From an uncultured delta proteobacterium (GTDB lineage: Bacteria; Myxococcota_A; Polyangia; Polyangiales; B10-G4): a stretch of DNA of 64,000 bases. The stretch lies in the NCBI GenBank assembly GCA_963727445.1, contig CAVSGI010000009.1, positions 64,001-128,000 of the forward strand, given 5' to 3'. The notes under the pieces were generated by a model. That model did not search any database. It worked only from the letters and a program-made list of their open reading frames with translations, and was not told where the DNA came from. A program made the position numbers and the translations under genes. Within the stretch, counting starts at the first letter, position 1, and the number at the start of each line of letters is the position of its first letter. Shown here piece after piece: positions 8,227 through 15,758 of the stretch.

Positions 8227-10626
8227 ATGCAATCGGATCCAATGTCGACGACACAGGAAGTTGAGCGGAGACGGCCGGCGTTCATCCTCGATCACTTGTT
8301 GGAGGGATGTCAGGTCATCAGTCCCGACTACCGCTATCTGTACGTCAACGACGCCGTCGTTCGTCACGGGCGCACGAAGCGAGACGCATTGCTCGGGAAG
8401 AAGATGGAGGAGGTGTACCCCGGCATCGAACAGACCGAGATGTTCGCGACGCTCCAGCAATGCATGAAGACCCAGAAGGTCGCGTTGCTCGAGAACGAGT
8501 TTTCCTTTCCCGACGGTTCTTCGGGGTGGTTCGAGCTGCGATTCGAGCCGGTACCGGAGGGGATCGCCATCCTCTCGATCGACATCACGGCGCGCAAGCG
8601 CGCCGAGGACGCACTCCGCCGGACGATGCGCGCGTTGGCGACGCTCTCCCGCTGTAATCAAGCGCTCATCCGTGCCGTAGACGAAGTCGAGGTCGCGCGG
8701 GACGTCTGTCGACTCATCGTCGAGGTCGGGGAGCATCGAGCCGCGTGGATCGACCTCGTCGTTCGGGGGGGACCGGGTAGCGTGGAGACGATCGCATCTG
8801 CGGGTCCGAGCCCGAGCACGACAAGTGGTCTCGATTGGTGCCAGCGACTCGCGAGCCGAGCGCTCAGGGACGGCAAGTCGTTGTTCGCGCGCACGCAGTC
8901 GAGCGAACGCGAGTCTTCCCCCTCTGCCTCCTGCGCCGTCTTCGTACTCGAAGGCGACGGGTCAATCCTGGGCACCCTCACCATCGTCTCCTCTCGACGG
9001 CACGCCTTCGACACCGAGGAGATCGCGCTCCTCGACGAGGTCGCGACCAATCTCGCTCACGGGATCTGGACGATCCGAGCCCGAAGGGAGCACGAACAGA
9101 CGCACGCGCGACTCCAAGAAGCGGAGTTACGGGTCCGCGCGACATACGACCATCTTCCGCACGCGACCTATGTCTGGGGCGAGTACGAAGGTGTCCCCGT
9201 TCTCCTCGACTACAACGAAGCAGCTCGAAGGAGCACGGACGATGCCGTGGTCGCGCTTCTGGGGAGCTCGTGTGGAGAGGGTTGGGCGGGGGTGCCCGAA
9301 ATCGCCAACGACCTCGCCAGGTGTCTCGAGAGTGGGGAGGCGATCGAGCGTGAAGTCGACGCCGTCCTCCCGGGCAGGAAGGCGTCGAGACGCCTCGTGC
9401 TCTCCTACGGCTACATCGACAGTGGGATGGTGCTTCTTCACGCCGAGGACATCACGGAGCAACGTCGGACCGAAGCGCAGTTGGTCGGCGCGCAGAGGCT
9501 CGAGGCCGTGGGGCGCCTCGCCGGGGGAGTTGCGCACGACTTCAACAACATCTTGAGCGTCATCATGTCGTATTCGGAGTTCGCGGCTCAGCAGCTCCAC
9601 GCGGCGGATCCGATTCGCCAGGACCTGGAAGAGGTGCGCAGCGCGGGACATCGCGCGGCGCACCTCACGCGGCAGTTGCTGGCCTTCAGTCGGAAACAGC
9701 CACTGGAGCCGCGGGTGACCAACCTCAACAAGGTCATCGGAGACATCGATGGGATGATCCGTCGCCTCGTGAGAGAGAACATCGAGATCATGGTCCACGC
9801 CGAGGTGGGCCTCGGGAACATCCTGGCAGACCCGGGTCAGCTGGAGCAGGTGCTGATGAACCTGGTGGTCAACGCTCGGGATGCCATGCCCGAAGGCGGC
9901 ACGCTCACCATCGAGACAGCGAACGTGGAGCTCGATCAGCGTTTCGCGAGCGAGCGTATGCTCTCAGGCCCCGGCATGTACGTGCAGCTCGCCGTCTCGG
10001 ATACCGGGGAGGGGATGGACGCCGAGACGCGCACGAGGGTTTTCGAGCCGTTCTTCACCACGAAGGAGAAGGGCAAGGGGACGGGACTCGGGCTCTCGAC
10101 GGTGTATGGGATCGTGAAGCAGAGCGGCGGCAGCATTTCGGTGTACAGCGAGCTGGGCTCGGGAACCTCCTTCAAGATCCACTTCCCGCGAATCGACGCG
10201 CCCGTGATGGAACCCGAGCAGAGGCGAGAGTCGGGGGCTGCCATCACGGGAGACGAGACCATTCTCGTCGTGGAGGACGACTCCGCGGTACGGGGGGCCG
10301 CTGCGCGCATTCTCGAAGCAGCGGGCTATTCGGTATTGACCGCAGCGAACGGTATCGAAGCGCTTGCCCTCAGCGAGCAGGAGGAGCACGGCATCGACGT
10401 TCTTCTCACCGACGTGATCATGCCACGAATGAGTGGCACCGAGCTGTCGAGGCGTCTCAACGAGAAGTATCCGGGGATGCGGACGATCTTCACCTCGGGC
10501 TACGCAGATCACGCCGCGATCAATCACGGGCTGCTCACGTCCTCGGCCAACTTCGTGAGCAAGCCCTTCTCGAGCCGCGCTCTGACGAAGAAGATTCGCC
10601 ACGTGCTCGACGAAGAGCCAGAGTGA
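8227..10626 (+). CDS. Cytoplasmic hybrid histidine kinase PAS-GAF-PAS-HisKA-HATPase-REC (CckA-like); start may be 8242
   Basis: AGGVAHDFNN, QVLMNLVVNARDAM, EPFFTTKEKGKGTGLGL, C-terminal REC LLTDVIMP. Confidence 0.92.
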   Translation: MQSDPMSTTQEVERRRPAFILDHLLEGCQVISPDYRYLYVNDAVVRHGRTKRDALLGKKMEEVYPGIEQTEMFATLQQCMKTQKVALLENEFSFPDGSSGWFELRFEPVPEGIAILSIDITARKRAEDALRRTMRALATLSRCNQALIRAVDEVEVARDVCRLIVEVGEHRAAWIDLVVRGGPGSVETIASAGPSPSTTSGLDWCQRLASRALRDGKSLFARTQSSERESSPSASCAVFVLEGDGSILGTLTIVSSRRHAFDTEEIALLDEVATNLAHGIWTIRARREHEQTHARLQEAELRVRATYDHLPHATYVWGEYEGVPVLLDYNEAARRSTDDAVVALLGSSCGEGWAGVPEIANDLARCLESGEAIEREVDAVLPGRKASRRLVLSYGYIDSGMVLLHAEDITEQRRTEAQLVGAQRLEAVGRLAGGVAHDFNNILSVIMSYSEFAAQQLHAADPIRQDLEEVRSAGHRAAHLTRQLLAFSRKQPLEPRVTNLNKVIGDIDGMIRRLVRENIEIMVHAEVGLGNILADPGQLEQVLMNLVVNARDAMPEGGTLTIETANVELDQRFASERMLSGPGMYVQLAVSDTGEGMDAETRTRVFEPFFTTKEKGKGTGLGLSTVYGIVKQSGGSISVYSELGSGTSFKIHFPRIDAPVMEPEQRRESGAAITGDETILVVEDDSAVRGAAARILEAAGYSVLTAANGIEALALSEQEEHGIDVLLTDVIMPRMSGTELSRRLNEKYPGMRTIFTSGYADHAAINHGLLTSSANFVSKPFSSRALTKKIRHVLDEEPE

Positions 10627-11359
10627 ACACCACGCCGAGGAACAGAAGCAATACGGCGCCGTTTCGCCTTTCGCCGAATCGCCCGACGGCCGAGCACGAG
10701 GGGCTGGCCGAAAGCGCCGAGGCCTCATAGAGCGCGAACACTCCTTCCTCGTCATCCGGTTCCAGGGTTCGCTGCCGAGTGTCACCTCGTGAGGTCTTCG
10801 CCCACATGGTTGCCGATCGCACGTCGCTCTCGTCGAGGCCGAGGACGTGCCCGACCTCGTGCGTGAGCACGGAGGCGAGGTCGTAGCGCCGGTCGCCGGC
10901 GGCGTCGGCTTCGTCCAGCAGGGCGAGCTCGCGCTCTCCGTTGATCGCGATGTCGGCATCGAGCAGACGTCCAGAGCCGGTCTCGTGAGTGCTCACGGTC
11001 ACCGCGAGCGCGTCGCCGAAGGGCCAGTCGCAAAGGACGTATACCCCGTTTCCGTTCACCTCGCGCGGGTCGTAGCCCACGGCTTCGGGAGGGCGGCCGG
11101 GGACGACGACGACGTCGGGCACGCCTTCGAACCCTCGCCACGCGTCGGTCGCGATCTGCAGTGCCTGGCGCACCTCGGCAGGGGTCGGACCGCAAGGGCT
11201 GGTGGTGTCGACGTGGAGCTGGACATCGCTTTGAAACCAACGAACGTTGGCGCCAGACTCGGTGCGTTTGAGCACGAAGCCGCGAGCGACCCCGGGGAAC
11301 GACGCGAAGCTCAGGGCCGCGACGAACACGGCGAGGGCCCATCGATGCTCAGGACGCAC
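10535..11359 (-). CDS. Matrixin/metzincin-family secreted metalloprotease with MYXO-CTERM-like tail
   Basis: Signal peptide, DADIAING, HEVGHVLGLDES, Met-turn ATMW, C-terminal SCS..hydrophobic..RR; start inferred at GTG 11359. Confidence 0.75.
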   Translation of the reverse strand: MRPEHRWALAVFVAALSFASFPGVARGFVLKRTESGANVRWFQSDVQLHVDTTSPCGPTPAEVRQALQIATDAWRGFEGVPDVVVVPGRPPEAVGYDPREVNGNGVYVLCDWPFGDALAVTVSTHETGSGRLLDADIAINGERELALLDEADAAGDRRYDLASVLTHEVGHVLGLDESDVRSATMWAKTSRGDTRQRTLEPDDEEGVFALYEASALSASPSCSAVGRFGERRNGAVLLLFLGVVFTLALRRARGESSSSERGSRRACSRSWPRT

Positions 11360-12339
11360 AGACACAGCGGTCGCGTCCCGTTTGCTTTGCTTCGTAGAGG
11401 GCGCCGTCGGCCACGCCGATGATCTCGGTGACCGACGAGAATCGCTGCCCGGCGTGATGAGTGGCGACTCCGATGCTGACCGTGATTTCGATGGTCCCTC
11501 CGCGCCAGGGGACGCGCGTCTCCGCGCAGGCCCGTCGCAACCGCTCTGCGAGGATGAAAGCGTTGCGGGGGTCGAGGTCGCGGGCCACGACGACGAACTC
11601 CTCGCCGCCGTAGCGACCGACCACGTCCTCGGCACGGAGGATCTTTCGGAGCGTTGCCGACACCACCCGCAACGCGAGAATCGCCTGCCTGGTGCCCGTA
11701 GGTGTCGTTGACGTGCTTGAAGTGGTCGACGTCGAGCATGAGGACCGACAGCGTTCGATCGTGGCGCTGCGCGAAGCTGAGCTCCTCCCTGAGCCGCTGG
11801 TCGAGGTAGCCGCGGTTGAACGCGCGCGTCAGCGGGTCGCGGATGGCTGCGGTGTAGAGCTGGGCGGCGGCGCTCTGCTCCTCCTCGTCGTCGAGAGAGA
11901 CCCGGATCGACGCTTCGCGCCCGACGAAGATCCGTTCTCCGCCCTCGAGCATCCGGGGAGCGAGCAGGCGCTCGTCCCCCACCAGAGTCCCGTTCTGGCT
12001 GGCGAGGTCCTCGACGTGCCAGCGACCCGCCTTGATGAAGAAGCGAACGTGCGACCGCGACACGCCGGTGTCGTGCACGACCGCGTCTGTCGCGTCGCTG
12101 CGTCCGAGGATCCACGAATCGCCCCGAACTGGAACCAGCCGAAACGGCGACTGATCGTCGCGAATGACCAGCGTCAAGTGGTTGCGTACGGCGCGTCGAC
12201 TTCCGCTCTGCGCCGACAGCGCGATCTGAGCGGTCTCGTCATCGCGAAAGCGATGCCCTCGCGGGGGACGCGTCGTGGGTGCGCGGGAGGGCCTACCGGT
12301 CGGCCGGAGAGTATCGCTTGCCGCGTTGTCCGATATCAT
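11349..12339 (-). CDS. FHA-GGDEF diguanylate cyclase, apparent +1 frameshift at 11678-11682
   Basis: FHA (LGRS, VSRSH, DLASQNGT), RDPLT, DVDHFKHVNDTYGH; removing one base restores AGDLALRVV...RAED..RYGGEEF. Confidence 0.87.
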
Positions 12340-12352
12340 CGTCACCTCCACC

Positions 12353-13807
12353 TCAGAAGAGAGCCAGGGTCAGGGGCGAGGCCCCGGACGACAGGGTGAA
12401 AGCCGCGTTGACCAGCTCCCCGGTCCGCACGTTCGCCATCGAGCTGAGGGCCTTCCGTCGCGAACCGTCCTCGGTGGCCCCGCGCAGCCCGGCGATGTCG
12501 AAGCGCCACTCGTCCGATCGAGCGTCTCGCACCCGGGGAATGTCGGTGCGGCCCGCTCCACGGCGGCGGATGGTGTAGCCACCGAGTCGAACGTGAACCC
12601 ACAGGGCGTCGCTCGGGAGCTCGTCCCGGCTGCGCACCAGCTCGAGGGGTACGGTGCGGGGAACGCCGTTCGGGCCGCGCGCGAGAAGCGCCGGCGAAGA
12701 CATGCCCGCGCGCCGTAGCGAAAGAAACATTCGCGACAGGACGTGAGCGCTCACGTCGGGCTGAGACCCGAGCGCGACGACGGCGCCCTCGGGGAGATGC
12801 GCCGACAGCTCGGCGAGGATGGGAGCGGCAGACTCGATCGCCCGGGGAACGGGGTTCAGCTCGGACGGGAAACGAACCTCGCGCGTCTCGGGGAGGACGG
12901 GCTCACCGTACACAACCGCCCGCGGTCCCGCGTCCGTGATCCGCACACCGAGCGGGACCCACGAATAACGGAAACCCTCTGGCGTGACGATGAGGATCAG
13001 CGACGGGCGCGTCTCGGGACCCGACGCGTCGATCGAGACGAGCGGTAGGTCGTCGAGGCGCGCGTGCGGCCGGAGGATCACGTCGTCCAGCGCCGTTCGA
13101 TCCTGCGTGAGCTCTTCACCGACGAAATCCCAGAAGGGGCCTGCGAGCTCCGCCTGGTCGATTCGTCGGATCGCCGCGCGGGCTTCGACCACCGCGGCGA
13201 TCGACCGGCGGTCTACCTCGCCGAAGCTTCGGTAGATCCCCTGGCAGCGGCCGCGCTCGCAGGGGTCGTTGGCCAGCGTAGCGAGACGCGCCGCCGAGTC
13301 CTGCGCGCCGAGCGCATCGCGGACGCGGCGCGCGAAGACCAGGTCACGCCGAAGGCCGACGTGAGACGACCAGTCGACGGGCTCATGGTGTCGGCGCTCC
13401 TCCTGGAGGAGGCGAATGGCTCGCTCGAGGTCCTCGGCGGGGTCCTCTTCCGTGGTGACGGGAACGATCGTCAGGCCGTCGAGCACGACCTGCTCCAGGA
13501 TCGGCTCCGGTTCCACGAGCGCTTCCGCGAGACGCATACGAAGATGGGGGTCGCGGCGATATCCCGAGAGGATCAGGAGGTCTGCCGCGGTCAGCCAACG
13601 CGCGATCTCGACCTTCCGGACCTCGTCCGACCTCCGATCGACGGCCCTGCGCACGATGTCCGTCATCGACGTCAGCTCGCGGACCATCCCCGAGACGTCG
13701 CGGGCGTCGCCAGACGTCCGATGTTGCGCCGCCGCGTCAGGCGCATCGACGAGCCAAGTGGCCGTGAGCGCGAGGGTGGCCACGATGCGGAGCGCCGATT
13801 TGGCCAT
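12353..13807 (-). CDS. Secreted hypothetical protein, possible ExbD/TolR-like C-terminal segments
   Basis: Long ORF with signal peptide (PDAAA|Q) and GGAG RBS; VALGSQPDVSAHVLSRMFLSLRRAG resembles the ExbD periplasmic helix only weakly. Confidence 0.6.
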   Translation of the reverse strand: MAKSALRIVATLALTATWLVDAPDAAAQHRTSGDARDVSGMVRELTSMTDIVRRAVDRRSDEVRKVEIARWLTAADLLILSGYRRDPHLRMRLAEALVEPEPILEQVVLDGLTIVPVTTEEDPAEDLERAIRLLQEERRHHEPVDWSSHVGLRRDLVFARRVRDALGAQDSAARLATLANDPCERGRCQGIYRSFGEVDRRSIAAVVEARAAIRRIDQAELAGPFWDFVGEELTQDRTALDDVILRPHARLDDLPLVSIDASGPETRPSLILIVTPEGFRYSWVPLGVRITDAGPRAVVYGEPVLPETREVRFPSELNPVPRAIESAAPILAELSAHLPEGAVVALGSQPDVSAHVLSRMFLSLRRAGMSSPALLARGPNGVPRTVPLELVRSRDELPSDALWVHVRLGGYTIRRRGAGRTDIPRVRDARSDEWRFDIAGLRGATEDGSRRKALSSMANVRTGELVNAAFTLSSGASPLTLALF

Positions 13808-13839
13808 GGTCTCCGCTCCATTTCTCGACGTCGGTTCCA

Positions 13840-15199
13840 TCATCGCCACTCCTCCATCCAGGTGATCCGCCAGCCCACGGGAAACTGCTCCAGCCAGACC
13901 GCGAAGGTGCTGCGCCCGCCGTCTGCGTCGCTACGAACGACCACGGCTTTGGCCGTGGGGAAGTTGGAGCGCAGGGTCGGGTAGACGGCGACGACGGAGG
14001 TGTCGGCCTGGTCGAGGGTGTCGACCATGCGCTCCGCGATGGCAACGCGCCCATCCTCTCCGGCCCAATCGCAGTAGAACCCTTCCATCGTCGCGCGGTA
14101 GGCGGCGGCGTCGGAGTCCTCAATCGCTTGGTCGGCGCGCCGGAGGAGCCATTGGATCTCCGTCCGGTCTCGTCCCTCGACCTCTACGGTGCGGTAGGCG
14201 AGGATGTCCTCGACCGTCGTTCGCCAGTAGGCCTGGACTTCCTCCCAGGTCGAGTCACTGACCTCCGGGATGACTCCGGCAAAGAGCTCCTCGAGAGCAT
14301 CGGGCGAGTCGATGCACCCGTAGTCGGCGTGCAGATAGCACCCATGGTCCCGGCGGACGGCGGTTGCGCCGATGAGAGCGGGCAGGGCGTCGAGGCCGGC
14401 GACCTCGACGAACGCCTTCACGAAGGAGCTGGCCCGACCGTAGTTGTCGCCCCGGACGTCGTAGGAATCGAAGGAGGCGACGTGCGCCCTGGTCTCCTCA
14501 CCTGCGGTCAGCTGCTCGGCGTACGATTCGTGGTAATCGCGGCCCGACTGGTCGAGGTACTCCGCCACACCTTCGGACAAGAACGCGAGCATCTGCGCGC
14601 CTTCGGGGACGAGGTAGTAGGTCAACACGTGCGTGAGCTCGTGCCCGTACTGAACGGCTTCGAACGCGCGCGGGGCCCCGGTGTAGATGACGTCGTATCG
14701 GTCCCGTCCCGGCAGCGCGCGGCCGAGCCCCACGTGGTGGGCCCGAGCCGCCAGGCGGTTCGGTGACAGGTAGACGTCGACGACTGGGGATGCGTCGAAT
14801 CCCGAGCGTCGAACGAATGGATGCGTACGCCCGCTGGCGTCGCTCGGCGATGGCGTCGACGTCGCGCTCTGCTGCGGTGTCGGGGAAGTAGTGGAATCGG
14901 AACGAGCCGATCTCGGTTTCGACCCACTCCGCGTCGGCGTAGCTGGACTCGTCACATCGATCGACGACGAGAGGCGCTGGCGCTTGCTCGAGCGGGGGGC
15001 TCCCGATGCTCGGAACCTCGGGCGCCATCGAGTAGTCGTAGTGCCCGCGGTACACCGGACGTGCGACTCGGTCCTCGATGGAGACGGTGACGAGCTGGTC
15101 CGGGGCGGCGATGGGGGCGGCGACCTCACCGGTGCATCCGATGACGAACAGCGTGAGACAGGGGGCGAGACGCCGGACCGGGCGCTGGGCGTTGTCCAT
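13840..15199 (-). CDS. Lipoprotein with gluzincin/peptidase MA-like domain, apparent +1 frameshift at 14797-14801
   Basis: Lipobox VIGC; HELTH...LSEGVAEY; removing one base joins ORF 14498..15199 to 13840..15324 (TLGIDASPVVDVY). Confidence 0.78.
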
Positions 15200-15270
15200 G
15201 CCCAGTTCATCGGATGGGCCCGCCGGAACTTGATGCGAAAGAAGGAGCGTTCTCGGAACGCGTGCTCGCG

Positions 15271-15299
15271 CTCAAGTTCTCGAATGTCCCGACCGATGG
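15271..15299 (+). promoter_or_regulatory. Putative sigma28 promoter of the PilZ gene
   Basis: CTCAAG-N15-ACCGATGG, same boxes and spacing as the flgM promoter. Confidence 0.62.
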
Positions 15300-15374
15300 A
15301 TCGATGGCGACGAGCCGGCTGCACTCACCCGTGTGATCGGCGCGCCCGTTTCATCTGAGGCCCAAGGAGACACG

Positions 15375-15755
15375 ATGCAGGACACCGCCATCAACGAAGC
15401 GCACGCGCCGGAACCGGCCGCGGAAAGAAGGCGCAACATCCGGGTGCCGCTCGAGACCAACGTCGGTGTCGTGAGCGAGTCGAACTTCTACGCGGGCTTC
15501 TCTCAGGACGTCTCGGAGGGCGGTCTCTTCGTGGCGACCTATCAGCTGTTGCCCGTGGGCACTGAGGTGTGCGTCAGCTTTGCGGTGGGGGACGTGGAGA
15601 TCGAGGCGCACGGCACGGTTCGTTGGCTCCGAGAGCCTTTGAGCGGTGACGTCAGCCCCGGCATGGGGATCGAGTTCGAAGGGCTCCCCCGCGAGCAGGA
15701 GGATGCCATTCGGGCGTTCGTCCGGCTCCGCGAGCCGCTCTTCTTCGACCTCTGA
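15375..15755 (+). CDS. TIGR02266-type myxobacterial PilZ-domain protein
   Basis: ERRRNIRVPL (RxxxR), SNFYAGFSQDVSEGGLFVAT (DxSxxG), PGMGIEF; AAGGAG RBS. Confidence 0.88.
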   Translation: MQDTAINEAHAPEPAAERRRNIRVPLETNVGVVSESNFYAGFSQDVSEGGLFVATYQLLPVGTEVCVSFAVGDVEIEAHGTVRWLREPLSGDVSPGMGIEFEGLPREQEDAIRAFVRLREPLFFDL

Positions 15756-15758
15756 TCG

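Noticed and set aside
4329..15199. Programmed ribosomal frameshifting or true pseudogenisation of the three broken genes
   Set aside because: No slippery heptamers, unrelated gene functions, identical GATC context and no other decay; a systematic sequencing error is simpler
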